In this document: positions 13,191 through 28,002 of the stretch, piece after piece
How the letters are laid out: the number at the start of each line of letters is the position of its first letter
Numbering within the stretch: the stretch's first letter is position 1
NCBI RefSeq assembly: GCF_037042905.1
Contig: NC_087251.1
Location: 42,038,001-42,102,000 of the forward strand
Direction: 5' to 3'
From: Lytechinus pictus
Lineage: Eukaryota
Length of the DNA: 64,000 nt
Made by a program: the position numbers and the translations under genes
Notes under the pieces: model-generated
Seen by the model: the letters and a program-made list of their open reading frames with translations, nothing else
Databases searched by the model: none
What the model was told of the DNA's origin: nothing

Positions 13191-14704
13191 GTAAATCATT
13201 TTGATATTACAAACATCAAGAAAATTACAGCGATGCGATTAAATTTAAAAAATAGTATAGTAAAAATTAAGACTAGCCATAAACTGACGTTAAGCCAACA
13301 TCAATCTCAGTAACAAAGCGAAAAATAATTTGGTAAACAACTTGAATTGGACTGTATATTTCTTTGAGGGAACATTAAAAATATAGGACCAGTATCAGGA
13401 AATTATTGGACCTGATCCAATCTGACCGCGTATGCACCCACCCGACACAGGCCTAAGAATGGAAAGAAAAATTGAGGCATTTACCAAGAAATTAACAATC
13501 TGAGAATAAATTTTATGATCTTTCTGGAACTGAAAGGGAAGTTCATGCCCGCATTTCTTGCGAGAAACGAACCGCAAGAAACAAGGTTTTTCACAATAGG
13601 CGTGGGGTGAATAGCGTCTCTCTCTTTTGCGAACTGAGGGGCCAGCTAGGCCGGAACATCTTTAGAAAATATTGGAATGCAAGAATCCTCGTCGTTAAGC
13701 CTTAATCATAAGAGTTCAATGGCGGCTTATGAAAAGATGTTTTGATGAATATGTTTACGACGAGAAGTTGGAAGGCCAAGTTTCTTTATCTCTTTTCAGA
13801 GCTACAGCATGGTTTAACGGTCTGTCGGTTTCTTCGAGCAGCGGCAGTTATTGAAATTCATTGTCGGAGATTTTGAAATCAAAGAAAAGAAGCTGTCGAA
13901 AATAAGACTCTATGCACGCAATCTAGTCTATATTCATACATGATGATCTTTGTAAGACATGATTAGGTGATCAATGTATCCAGTCCCACGGTCTCTAGTA
14001 TCATAAATTATGATAGTGAAGAGGGAAAATGATAAGAAATGGGGCATTTAGAAAACTTATCTTATGAAGAAGACATCACTGGTGTTTATTTTAATTATTA
14101 TTTAAAGAAGCATGTTAAATTGTATAATTTGAAGATGTATTCTTTGTTAGGACTTAATAATGATAACGATCATAATATTCTGGAACAAAATATATAGCTA
14201 AAAAGAGAATTATTCAATTGGGATTAACATTATTCTGCTTAATACGGGCATTTCATTTACACTTTCATTGACTGGTATACTCAATCACCATAACATTTTA
14301 TTGGACATACACAAAGGATGCGACATTATGTCAAAAGAGGAGGATTTTTTTTTGTCGATTCTGATTCTATTAGAATTATTGTAACATATTACAATCACTG
14401 GGTATTGTCCTCTCATTATAATAGCAGTGTCCATAAAGTGATGACATCAGTATGTCAGAGAAATCATGAAAGTAAACTTAGTTTTGTCTGAAATCTAATT
14501 CTGATTGATTATAATCTTTCATCCTTTCATCATGTTCATATAGTAAGAGCATGCAGATCGTTATCTGATTTCTCTTCTACTAAGCCTTTCAGTGACCAGA
14601 GAATTATTAATGTCGTCACCCTCTAAAATTGGCGATCCTATATATTATGACGAAAATCCAGACTCGTATAAATATACTGAAAATACTGCTTGGATGCAAG
14701 TTAA

Positions 14705-15280
14705 AGGTCAAGTCCACCCCAGAAAAATGTTGCTTTTAATAAATAGAGAAAAATCAAACTAGCATAATGCTGAAAATTTCTTCAAAATCGGATGTAAAAT
14801 AAGAAAGTTATGGTATTTTAAAGTTTCGCTATTTTTCACAATACAGTGATGAGTCAGTCGATGATGTCCATCACTCACTATTTCTTTTCTTTGTTATTGT
14901 TTGAATTATAAAATATTTCATTTTTTACAGATTTGACAATGAGGACAAACTTGACTGATCCATATAGTATTCAACAATGCTAGTCCATGTGTTCAGGGAG
15001 GAATTAATCATTGTTTCACTTGACAATGAGGAGAAAATTATAATTTTTCATATTTCATATAATAAAATACAAAAGAAATAGTGAGTGGATGATGTCATCA
15101 GTCTCCGCATTTGCATACTGACCAGGATGTGCATATAACTGTTTTGTGAAATTAAGCGAAACTTTATAATGTCATAACTTCCTTATTTTGCATCCGATTT
15201 TGATGACATTTTCAGTGTTATGCTTATTGGATTTTCCCCTTTTTATTCAAACCAAATTTTTGTTGGGGTGGACTTGCCCT
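14705..15280 (-). mobile_element. Kolobok/T2-like MITE, copy 2 (inverted relative to copy 1)
   Basis: TTAA-AGGTCAAGTCCACCCC ... GGGGTGGACTTGCCCT-TTAA. Confidence 0.85.
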
Positions 15281-16105
15281 TTAAATCATTGAACTGATGA
15301 TTGAGTTTAAGAATGGACCTATAGGCCCATGGGCACACCAACCAAACGGACTCTAGGGTGACCTAAGCGATAAACATGATAAATGTTGCTATCAATGGTA
15401 GATAATTAGTTGGATTGGAGGCGGTTTCGCTTGTGTGATTATAGCATTGTTGGTATCGTTTTTTTTTTATTCATATTTGATTTCTTCCTCATTATATATA
15501 ACATTGTGAAAATAATGATTAACACGAGATCATTAACATTATTGAATCAGAAGTCATACAAAAACAATTCAATTGATTTTTTTCCAACGGCAAACTTAGA
15601 ATCAATCTGTACATATTTCTTTTAACAACTTATAAACACAAAGGGAATAGTTATACAGAATAAAACTTTCTACATGTTCTAGAAATCTCTCTGAATATTA
15701 TTATAAGACACAAACATACTTATAATCTACAGATAAATCTCAAATTGAACATGAAGTTTTCCTTTGCAATACCATTAAATCAAAATAATTTGAGGAAGTT
15801 ATAAAAAAGTGGGGAGGGAGGGAATACACACTCTCAGCCACGCTTCACTACCCAACCCCTCCCCTCCCGAACAAACAATACATAAAAAGAGGGACAAGGA
15901 GAGAGAGAGAGAGAAAGAGAGAAGTTGGTTGGTTCGATTATTTTACATTCACGTGAACGATACCGACTCTAAACCGATCGACGGTGTGCCATTGGAAATA
16001 ACATAATATCGGTCTGTAGTAGGTCGTTCATGTGACTAGCCTATACTGTTTTACCCCAAATGGTTTGGGAACTCCATGCCTTCTTTTGACTTCTTGCGTT
16101 ATATA

Positions 16106-16411
16106 CCGTGTTTACACTTAATCGGCATTTGAATCGGCTCGCGGTTCTGAACCGCGAGCCGATTCAGCATCGGCTTTTTCATAGCGTGTAAACGCGAGCA
16201 ACTTGAATCGGCTCGCGGTTCAGAACCGGCAATTTGCACCACCAAAGTAGTAGGTTCTGAACCGTATATTGTAGGTATGCGTATCATTTCAGGTTTTGCA
16301 TCGGCTCGCGGTTCTGAACCGCGAGCTGTAACAACGTGTAAACGCAATCCAAATGCCGATTCTGCATCGGCATTTGGTTCAGAACCAATTGCCGATTAAG
16401 TGTAAACACGG
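16106..16411. mobile_element. 306-bp palindromic MITE, TA-flanked (Tc1/mariner-like by TSD)
   Basis: TA-CCGTGTTTACACTTAATCGGCA ... TGCCGATTAAGTGTAAACACGG-TA, with five internal GGTTCWGAACC palindromes. Confidence 0.85.
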
Positions 16412-16885
16412 TATTTGTCTGCTGCCGATGGTTTAGGCATCCAGGCCAGGGAATGTATTACGGCACAAGCCGGCGTCGTTTTTATACGATCTCCATATTG
16501 CACTGCATTAGGACCTACTTTGAGCTTTCGAAAGATTTTCAGGTATACAACGTACAGACTGGATATTTGAATCAGAACTATATTCATGATATTGGTGGCA
16601 CCAACTTTTTTACAAAGCATATAGACCTACCGTATACACACATGTCATATCGCACTGCATGGCGCCTGACTATATAGGTCGCTATCCCACTATCATCAAG
16701 GCAGGTTCCTTGGTACGAAACAGTTACAGACCGTCTCAAAACAGGGCTAGAGAAGCTGTTGGTTGCTATGGTCAATGATTAGTCTACTCTCGACAACAAA
16801 AATTGTAATTCTCAGATGTTTAACTGCTATACACTTTAAATGCTAAAGAGCTAATCTGGTCCCAAATCACACACCCTTCAGAGAC

Positions 16886-17063
16886 GGTGAGACAAGGGAC
16901 CAGACATTTTGGAGTGGGATTTGCATCGTGTGATAGTGGATTATAGATCGTTCTGGAGTGAACATGTAAAAAGTAAATACGCACAGTTCACTCCATAAGG
17001 AGTTTTAAAGCACTCTCAAAAGATGCAAATCCCACTCCAAAATGACCGGTCCCTTGTCTCACC
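16886..17063. repeat. Inverted repeat with ~40-bp arms, probable MITE core
   Basis: GGTGAGACAAGGGACC..CATTTTGGAGTGGGATTTGCATC pairs with GATGCAAATCCCACTCCAAAATG..GGTCCCTTGTCTCACC. Confidence 0.7.
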
Positions 17064-20000
17064 CTAAGAAGGGGTTTGGCATTGAGAGAGTAATTTCACA
17101 AAATACCAAATTTGTAAAGAATTTGATTATAGGACTGACCTAGGCTAAAACATAAACATTGTTTTAACTCACGAACATTGCAAATTGTAGACGAAGATTC
17201 CGTAAAACAAATTTCAGTTTGAATAATCCCCCCTACACAGCTTCTTCTGCGGTGTTCTGCGTCGGTTTTGATAGGCAAAGAAGTGTATAAAAACGTCGAG
17301 ATGTTAAATTATGTCAGTTGCCCCCCCCCCCCTTAATGAGTCGATTTCATAACTTTTTTTTCTTAAAAAAGTGACTTATGTGTGAGATTAAGGAAAGGCT
17401 AATTAGAGCTATGAAACAGAAAACCTTATTGAAACAGGCCTCGTTATAATATATCTCTATAGCCCTATACTACGACCTTTTGATAATCATGATTTTCTTT
17501 CACCTCTCTCATTGGTTAAGAGTGAATGAATTATTTGTAATGTAACAAATGATGTTGCATAGACCGTTACGCTCTGCTATCTTCATTCTTTTCCATTGCT
17601 TCTGAATTAGGTGGTCGACTTGTTGCTAGCGTAATAAAGTAAGCAACTTCTCATTTCCTTGACTCGATGATCAACGTCAGGCCTTGTTAAGCCTTATGAG
17701 CTACACTGATTGAAATGGCGTGGAAATTGAAATAAAGTCAATAAAATAAATCAAGAGACTTATCAAGTAAGCATCGACTATCCACCAGAATCTTATTTTG
17801 TATGTCTAACGGTACGAGTGGAATTGGTATAGGAGGCCAAGAGAGCACGTTTTATCCCTGCCTTTTGTTGTTGCATTACACATTTTCTCATTAACGACAC
17901 AGTAAAGCTAATACATTGATACGTGTACCATGCATGCACTGTGGCGTGTAGTATTGCACGATCGAACATCGTAATTTCCCGCGTTTTTCACTTCCCCTTT
18001 TCGATTCTTTGATTAAACTCGGAATACGACATCCAAGATTTCATCTCCATTTCGGCGGCTATTTTGTGGCAATTGTCACGATATATGTAAAGATCTCATC
18101 AAGGAACGAATTGCCTTTGATTGATGTTCTTTCTTGTTTCCCTCCACGAATTACAATTATCTGAGCGAGGAATCAAATATTATGCTCATCTTGGCGAGAT
18201 CTTTCGAGTGTACAACACGCTTTCAGTCTATCATATCACACGCTTGGAATCAGTGGGCCCTGAACAAGGGCGGAGAGAAAGAGAGAGAATAATCTTCATA
18301 ATTCAAAGTAAAGAACATACATCAGAATCATGCCAACTGTCACTCGCCTGTTTGACTACATTCTGTCATTTAAGGGCTTATTAAGAAGGCTATGCCATGT
18401 TGTCGAGGTCAATAGTAATATATTAGCTTTTATATTCTCTTATCCATGATCACTGCTAAGTATCAGAATAATGTGCTATTATTCCTCCCATTAAGAAATC
18501 TCTTCTTCACTCAGACTTTCAAGCCCAACTGAATGGAATAAAATGTTAACTCATGTGGCAAAAGATCACGAAATTGAAAAGTTGATAACAAAAAAATATT
18601 AAAACACAGTAAGAACCAAATATTAAATATCCTCGTTTATCTTATTAATCATTTTCCGTTGTCTCGTCTGCGTGGGGGGGGGGGGTTCAGATTGTTTATC
18701 GCTTTTCATTATAAGCTCATTTTAATCTTTGTAATTATTTGTCCTTAGTATCTTAAATCATTATTATATTCTCAAAATTTCTAATATATTTCCATTCAAA
18801 GGCGTGTACTCATAATACTTTACTTGCTAATAATGTTTATCACTTACTTTATCAGAATTATATAGCGATCTACAATAATGCAGTATCATACCATGGGAAA
18901 GGTAAAGTGTACTTTACTACTAGTAAATGTAAATTCATCGAAAACTATTGTTTTTTGGTGAATGAAACGAGCCATTCTCGATGCATCATACAAAAATGAC
19001 TACTATAATTGGTATTGTCTCGTCAACTTTATTAAGATGTTTGTCCTAGCTTTCAAATTATGCCATAGCAGTGGACCGTGGACGCTAACGGTAAAAGGTT
19101 GGATAACGTTGTATTTAATATAGAATCGATTAGATCGATCATCATTATTTCTTGCTTCGAAGAACATTATCAAACCTTATACATGTATTTCAATATCCTA
19201 ATCCCTTCATTAGCTTTTCAGAGAGAGACAGAGAGAGAGAGGGGGGTGGGTAAAGTATCACCAACCATCGTATGTGGTGACGCTTCCTACGCCGATTTAA
19301 ACAAACCTTTCTCAACCTTTGTGACATCTCCTAATTTCAGGGCTGCACGCAAAGGGTAATGTGATTTGCTGTCGGGGACGGGACGACATCCCCAGTTCCC
19401 ATAGCAATGGGACGATGACAGATCGACCCCGTTTCTCCCCCTGTCCTCAGCTTTCGCTTCTTGGCTCAAAGTGGGGAGACTGGAGAAACTCACTCACTGG
19501 GTCGAATTCCATGATAAATAAATCTTTACTGATCGAAAGTGATAATTCAAGATATGCAGCGGTATAATGATAAATTGATTGATCCTGATCAAAGAGAGAA
19601 TTGAATATATGCACCGAAATTATTTGTCTATTATTACAGAAATGAATGTATCTTCATTGTATGAATTATCATGAAAACAGATGTATATCTCCGTCATCCT
19701 TTATAAAGAATTTAGGGCAAAGTTTAATTGGGGAGAATTTGGTTTCCCGTTATGGGTCTTTTAGCTCCATCAGTTATTCAAACATTGTTCTCTTACCATT
19801 GGTGGTCCAAATTAATTTATGTAATATACCCGTTTTAGAACGAGCACATTGAATATAAACAAAAGATATTAATTCTAACTTAATTAAAATAGTTAGTTAA
19901 CTAAATTAGAACAACACAATAGGGCAGTTCAATGGTTAAATTACCATGACAGGAGACATTGAATAATATTGTTTAATTTGGTCAAAATCTGAAAGAAAGA

Positions 20001-23000
20001 AATAAAATAAGCTGAAGCTTTTGTCATTGGATCGCTCGCTTTTAAACTCCAGTTGGGGTTTATATTCGAAGTATTTGTTTACCAAAATACACTGCTTGAT
20101 TTCAATGATGTCCATAATGCGAATCTTTTAAGTCAAAATGTGTTTTTTGTATTTCATATTAATCACAATTAATGTCTGCGCTCAGCTTTTAAAGGAAACT
20201 TTTTGAGGTAATCTCATTCGTATTTAAGTTTTCCTAAGTGGTGTAAAATATTTCTTTTCTGTTCAATTTATAATTCTCTTTCTCAAAACTCGTATGTTGA
20301 TAACTCATATTCAGTATCCTGAAAACACAATAAGCCCCCTTTGATTTATAAAAAAACTTACGGTTTGACTAAGAATATTGTCCCAAATCACATTAATTAC
20401 AATTTAGAATCAAATCAGAACAGGAAATATTTGCTGGAAATTCGTTAGAGGCATTCCTGTGGTTAACTATTTCCCTTGACTTTGACCAACTGTTTACTTC
20501 ATTATAAACCGAAAGTGAGTAATTAAAATCTTTCAATAATAGGTGAGCTTAATGTACTATTGTTGCATGTTTAATTTTGGCCTTGAATCTTTTGGGTTCA
20601 AGATGGAAGGGAGGATCTCTTTAACTACGTAGAGAAATCGGTTAAAGAATTCGTAAGTTTGTTATCTTGAAATACAATCCAATACAATTTTTATTTCAGT
20701 TATGTAGCAAGATACCGTCATTTTCATAAAATCCAAATGTCGAAGTGGAAAAAAGTTCGATGTTTAAGGTATATGTTATTGGTTCTTTCATTAATTAAAT
20801 CCCACCGAAGGCGGCGCAATCTTTTGATACGATATGAACTATTCCTTCACGAAGATTTACAATATTACAGTTTGTATTGGAAAGCAATGACGTTCACCAT
20901 CTCTTCTACCCTTCGAAGATATTTTAGGGGAAATGGCAGGCAAGAGATCACTCTTATTTTTTTGAAGTAAAAATGGAGTGATGGCCTGAACCCTGAGAGG
21001 TTGTACTTTGACGACATATGGCCAAAAGAGATTCCTTTGAAGATCTCGAACGCGCACCATGCAAAGAGTGCAGTTAGGTACCGCACAGAGAGGGAACGGT
21101 GAACTTGGCGGGAAATTCTGATTGCCGGTTCTCTTGTAACGAGGCATAAGCTATACCCAGAATTGAACTTTATTATAAAGACGGTTCAGGGGGAAATAGG
21201 AGAAATAAAAAGTCTTGTTTTCGAGGGAGACAGAGGACGATTTAAGATAGAAATAAAACGCCCACGCCCCTGTTTTGACCATGTTTTAACGAATAATGAT
21301 TCAAATTGGTCGTAAAGAGGAATCTCATGTGTGCCCTTTGCTCCAATGTTTTCGTTAATTCCTTGGGCTATTAAAACTGAGAGGGAAAAAAATGCTTTGC
21401 TTTGGAAAATTGCGAATCTAGGATACCATGATCACCGCTACTGACTTTGTTTGTACCGAATTATTTGGTCAAATAGAAAGCTTCATTAGTAGGGCGGGGC
21501 ATAAAACAAAGAGAACTTCAACATTAATATTTTGGTTCAATTATCCATTATTAGATAGCACTTGCTTATTCAGAGAGAATTAAAATCAAGAAAACATTTA
21601 CAGTTCACCAAGAGCCAAAATGACTCCAAGGTTTCAACTGTATATCAATTAACACGTTTAAAGAAGAGGTAAGAGCAACCAACCATCACTTTGATAAAGG
21701 GGGAAAGTGCTGTAACTACAGACTTTCAATAACTATTAAACGCTGTCGAGAGATTACCTTTAATTGAAACATTTGGAGAAAGCTGGATTTAATGCGTTAT
21801 TAGGGAGACCATCATTCGCTCGATACGATCGACGATGGCGGTGGGCGCGAAAGATCCCGGAGCGGCATTTAACGCGGCGTCATAGTGCAAAAAGCGTACC
21901 GACTTTCATGTCTGTTACCCATTGTTCGCCAGCATCGGCTTGAGATGATACCACAACCTCACTACTCGATGCTTGGCTTGTTTCTGTTCTGCAAGTTCGC
22001 TTCTGTTTATATTGCGTCTATAAGTGCAAAACTATGTCCTAATGAGTGAGCCCCCCCCCCCGGCCCCCACCCTCTCTCTCTCTCTCTCTATCTCTGATAC
22101 TCAACAGGCATGTTCAGTAATGTTGGCAGAGAACTTCAGGCTCTTATCAGTGAAAACCGCGCACCGAAAGTACACCGACCCATAATAGTCTTGCTTTGAC
22201 TCAAGTTTATCTTTATTTCAGTCAAACTAGTTTCCGAGCCGAAAACCGGGCCGCAAACCCGGCTTCTCTGAATCGGAATCAGGCTGATGCCGCTATATTA
22301 TATTCAAACAGAATGCCGTCACTGCTAAGCCACACATGCGATCGCAAATTCATGATTTAAGAAGGAATTGACAATTAAAGAGAATCGGCAAATATTCGTG
22401 AAATTAATTGCAGACATTATGAAGATTGTAATGACAATCCATTGATAATGCTCATTATCGCATGGTTAGAAGTAGGATGGCGGGAGCAGACGATCATCGT
22501 GCCGTTATTGTCCATTTCTAACTTAAAGAAATAGGTTAAAGCCATGAACTGTCTACTTCGAATGCCGTCTGATGGTTTGTAATTTCCTTCAAAATGTTTG
22601 TGATCGGTTACAATAATTTACTGACGAGATTCGCCAGTATGTTTTCGCAATCGTCAAACACTCTAAAAACATAATCTATATTTGGGAATTCCATTTTCTA
22701 CAATGTATATCTTTTATTGTTATACTTGAGTGTGAATTATAATTGTTTTTTTTTAATGTTTGGAAGTATGTATAAATATACGCTTTCATTCATTATTATT
22801 AAGAGGTTTTATGTTGATAGACGTCATTTTCATATCCGTTCTGTAAGCCTTTCACGTTCAAGGTGCCTCCACAGACAAGGTATTTTGACAGGAAATGCAG
22901 GCACAGATAGCGCAAAATGGTGTCAATATCTTAAGCTCCAAAATAATGGCGAGAGCGCGTTTTGATGATTGGTGATTATCCGATCGACTTGTAAGCTGAT

Positions 23001-25734
23001 GAAAGTCGAGATCCTTAGTTTGATTCGATACACTTCTGCCCAATTACCTAATGGGGCTCTTTAGTGTTGCTTTTACGCGTGCCTACATGAAACATTTATG
23101 AATCAACGTTGGCCGATAATTGCTAGAGCGCATCTCAGTCATGTCAGTGTGGTGGCCTGCGAGTATGGAGCACTGAAAACCTGACGGTACAATTGCTCTT
23201 TAAGTGAATGTCGTAATTTCTCCCGCCAAAATGGAGGGAGGAAAATGTGATGGGGGCTGATAACAAATTGATGCGTAATAGCAAAAATGAGATGCAGAGT
23301 CTTCAAATCTTCATTTCAAAAACTACTTTGTGTTCTATGATAACCCTGCATTATTGATATTCGTTCTTTCAGACACCCACAAGTTGGAAGAATATTGAAC
23401 AGCATCAAAAGTCATTAGCTTTCGCCTGGTGGTAATAATACTCTGACAAGATGATTAGGTATCAATAAAATATGAGATACGGAGGACAAAAGAACAAACA
23501 AGAGAGGCGGGGGATGACTACTTCATGAGCGCTCTTCGGCTGCTTCGTGTCTTTCAAGGATGAGTAAATTACTCAGGAGATTTATCAATGAAATAAAGGT
23601 AATGGGACGACAAACAAACTCGGTGGTTTGAATCCTTTAATTAGCGCGCCATCTCGGAGCGCGGGAAAAGCTAGGGTGGGTGTCGTCTGCGTACAATGAG
23701 TGTGTATTCTATATTACTTCATGCTCAGCCGAACACGGACGCCAACTGTTGTCATCGTGGTTCAGTCTCCTGATCATCGCCATGAAGATACATCCCCTTT
23801 CTGCGGCTTCAGAGAGTCAACACTCCGAAAATATATATGCAAACAGCAGATAGTACTTATCATCGTCAACAAACAGATAAAATGGAAAATAGAATATAAA
23901 GAATAGAACTTGACGTAACATCTCTACATTTTGTGTCCTTGAACCTCTTAAAATTAAGTTGCATTGTTAAGAAAGACTCTACCATTCTGTTTTTCGATAT
24001 TGATTTACTTTTCTTTCATACTTTATAACCTTATCGAGAATGTTGATATATATGCGTTGGATATAAGCTATCAGTTGAAATTGTTTGTTTTGTGGTGGTA
24101 GGTTGAAATTGTTTTGTATGTTACGGGGAGTCCCTTATATGAATAACACATTGTATACAAATATAAGATGAGTCATTATTTATGTTTATGGGATATCAAT
24201 GTACGCACGATTGCATCCTGCGAAGCCCACGGCCAATCCTTCCGGGGTCAATTATTGAATGACAACACGGAATAACATGTAAATAGGAAGACAAATAGAT
24301 TTATTTCCGGAAAATTACGGTTCCAAATTGAAATGAAGATTTCAAGTAGGTTTCATTATTGCTATTCCATAACGGCAAAACTTTAAAAATGATTGATCAA
24401 ATGGTCAAACATGCCTTCACGAAAGTGTCCAACCAACAAAAATAATCAAAATCGAAAATCATTGGTCACAAATCTACCAGAATTTTTGTCGATATCGACC
24501 ATTTTGAGCGGTATGACACCGACCAACAGAGTATATTTCTTTACTTTGACCAATCCTTTTTAAGAGTGTAAGTCATACAAACATCGATTTTAATTAACAG
24601 AAATAATCTACCAAAAGATCATGTGAAGTATAGGAAACTGGTTGTATAAGGAAGTGGTATTATGCAGGCTATCTAATGTGGTATGCAACTCAGAAATCTG
24701 GCGATTGAGACACGTCCACTTTTTGTTCACTTATTACACGAAATTTTCCATAATATTATCTGATTATTTAAATGCTTTAGTTGACATGTGTGAATTAGCA
24801 GCCAAGAGCTTGAATAAAAACTGATTCGCAAGGTCGCATAAATAAAATCCTAAACATTACGAAATCAAGAAGTAAAATGACAGAAGATGAATTAATCACA
24901 GCATTCATATTATGATAACCAAGGTCTAAACATAAACTGCTATCAAAGCAGATTTGTGAAAAATTTTCATAATCAACTTCACAAAAAGATTATGATTAGT
25001 GATTACACACAGTAAATATTTGAACATAATAAATTCAACATTTGTGTATCATTGTGGTTTATGAAAGGATTGAGGACATCCTTCGAGGGTGGTATAGGCA
25101 AGATAGGACTATTATGGAAATTAAATATCAGAGAATCACTGGATAAAGTCTTCAGATGTCTTAAGGTATAGTGATAAATTTGATATGTGACACTGCATAT
25201 ACTACAAAATTCGTGCAAGAAAAGAAATTTAAATAATTAAGTAATTATTCAGAAAATCCTGAAATCCATGTGTTAAAGAATGAAACCAACAAGCCAATGG
25301 GCTTTAAATCAAAATGTGAATAATTACTTCTGTATATTAGTTTTTATAAAATGGAATCCATAATTATTATAAGGAGAATATATCTAAGTATATCTAAGGT
25401 ATATAGCATAAAAATATCTAGAACAAAAATCATAGTAAGATCATTACGTGTATATAGGGTGAAATAATTGTAATAGACCAAGAAAGGTAAAATTTGTTCA
25501 ATTTAAAACATTATAACGAAACTGAATTGCTGCACGACTTTGTACCGTATAATTATTACGGTATACCATATAAGACCCCCCCCCCCCCAGTATTTTCACC
25601 GTAAAATTACATGAAATTGCATTTTTTTGTACAGATTGTCTACTTATTAGCATCGCACCTATTAGTTGCACAATGTAACTTGCCTGTTGTTCAGGCGAAA
25701 ATTACCTCTCTTTGATTTGAAGGAGGATGAATGC

Positions 25735-25843
25735 AAAAATATTGCAATCATTCACAAATAATCAATGATCGAAATAATCATGTTGATACTCTTGGTAAAA
25801 AAAACAAAGTTGGTCCCAGAACAGAGCCCTGTGGTGCACCACA
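25735..25843 (-). mobile_element. Decayed reverse-transcriptase fragment of a CR1/L2-type LINE
   Basis: 25843-25802 translates as CGAPQGSVLGPTLF (consensus GVPQGSVLGP.LF). 25758-25735 reads FVNDCNIF, a possible decayed FADD motif. Confidence 0.7.
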
Positions 25844-26203
25844 AGAGGTTCCTTTATACAACAACAAAACAAAAAAAAAGAGGCGCAATTGTGCTGGACA
25901 TTTTATTATGTTGTGTTAAGTAGATTATTACAATATCATCGTTTCTTTCAATTCTAGATATCTACTGCAATGAATAGGGGGGAGTTGCTATTTTGGAATC
26001 GTGTCACTTTAAACAGAGGAATTGTTTTGAGAGTAGACTTTGATGGTGGTGTTGTTTCTAATTCGTTTTGGCGTTGGAATCGATAGGATGCTTGAAAGGG
26101 ACTTGGGAAACTCCTACTAAACATGATTTGTGTCTCCTGGAGAGCGCGTAACATTTTGCTGTCTGACAACTTCCCTTGATTCTGATCGGCCGATAAGTAC
26201 AAA

Positions 26204-26285
26204 CAGGGGCGTCGATCCATTTTTCAGATTGGGGGGGCGAAATCATTAACGTTCCAAAGGCGCTCGATCGTACAAAACACCCACC

Positions 26286-26329
<44 letters not shown>

Positions 26330-26349
26330 TATATATATATATTATATAT

Positions 26350-26401
<52 letters not shown>

Positions 26402-26996
26402 ATATATATTTATGACTCATGAGACACAGACACGTATCTCACTACACAGATAGTACGAGTGCCGAGAGTGAGCTCAAATTTCTTTATATTCTGAGCTGAA
26501 AACTTGATATTCTAAGCATTTTTGGTACCAATGATTAAGATTTGTATCTAAAAGAGAATAGATGCGAGCGCGAAGCGCGAGCTGAAAATTTTGATATTTC
26601 GATCTGAAAAAATGACAGTTTACTGGACGTTTTTGATAAAGAACAAGCTATATATCCAAGAAAAGATGATTGCAAATTGAAGCAGTTCTTTTGAGGCTTA
26701 GAACTGAAAATGGGACATTTACATTCACCAATTTAATCATGAAAAGTATGGGTTTTTGCTACAGAAACGAGCGCGAAGCGCGAGCTGAAAATTTTTATAT
26801 TCCAATCTGAAAAGCGGACATTTTGAGCACGATTTTAAATAAAGAACGAGTTGTGTATCTCAATCTCGCTTGCTGAACATTACAATCTTGTTTTTTTTTA
26901 ATGCATATCCGGAATTATTGGGGGGGGGGGCAAAATGATATGTTTGCCCCCCCAATATTTTCATTGGTGGGGCGATCGCCCCCCTGCCCCCCCGAT
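26204..26996 (+). mobile_element. hAT-like non-autonomous element with truncated right end
   Basis: Starts CAGGGGCGTCGATCC, has G/C-run subterminal tracts, and carries GCGCGAAGCGCGAGC units (~26564, ~26771) shared with 37993-39177. The matching right TIR is missing. Confidence 0.6.
26290..26408. repeat. Compound (CA)n/(TA)n microsatellite
   Basis: Direct reading of the sequence. Confidence 0.95.
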
Positions 26997-27699
26997 ATGT
27001 CTGTTACGGTAACGATCCCATTGTCTTAAGGGTTTGAAGTTTCAACAAATGACAGACAGGTTTATTACGCATGTAAATATAAACTTTCCACTTAATCACA
27101 GTTGATTACAATTCATTTCAAGCCTCGTGCCCATTCGAAACACAATGCAGATATTTCTGCTTGTTTGCCTTTATACCAAATTGAAGTGCGTTATGCTGAA
27201 CGTTCTTGTTCCAAACACTTAATGAAGTGAAGTTATTGCATAACTTTTCGAAAAAGCAACACTTCAAATAATCATGTTTCATTTTCGTAACGTTTATTAA
27301 GCACCTTTATTAATCCGCCACAAAAATGTGCTTTCTACTCAGCTAACATTAAAGGCGTATTGGAACTCTAAACCACAGCAAATAAAGATAGCGATTCTTT
27401 ATCAACGATCTTTTATCACGATCATTGATGATAGCAAAGATAACGCATCTACGTCACTTCAACTTTTGACAATACTTATTAATCTTTGCCTACCATTGTT
27501 TGCCAAATCTATCACGTTAATATATCACGATATATTTTGTCCAACGGGGTGTTATCGATTACAATTATTGAACGAGTGATTATTCTCTAGCATTGTAAAA
27601 AAAAGTATTGATTACGAAAGTAGAACGATCTTTATGGTTTACTATACGCGAAAAAATTAAAGAGCCCTTGCCTTTATTAACAGAGCAACTTACTGATAA

Positions 27700-28002
27700 A
27701 AGTGATATACAACATTTTACACAGCGTCAATACATTTTTTCTATGTGGAGCATACTTTTACTTCCCGCTGGTTTCATCACGGCTACCCTGATCGGATGCT
27801 CGAGCATTCAAGAGATTTCTTCCGACCAGTTACCCATTTACTACACTTGGGTGCAAGGAGAGTGGTAAATGTAGATAAACGCCTTGTCAAGGATCTGGAA
27901 TTATGTTTCCGTGTTTTCCGATATTCATTCAAACACGGCTGGCTTTGAATCCCGGACCTTGTAGTTCAAAGTCCGTAGACCTATCCACTGAACTACAGCA
28001 CC
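27700..28002 (-). mobile_element. Degenerate tRNA-derived SINE
   Basis: On -, it reads GGTGCTGTAGTTCAGTGGATAGG (A box) ... GACTTTGAA ... GGGATTCAAAGCC (decayed B box). The body resembles the SINE at 59274-59555. Confidence 0.7.

Noticed and set aside
19415..19455. Hammerhead ribozyme on - (CTGAGGA...GAAAC...GTC)
   Set aside because: Core-like words are present, but stem II and stem I cannot form.
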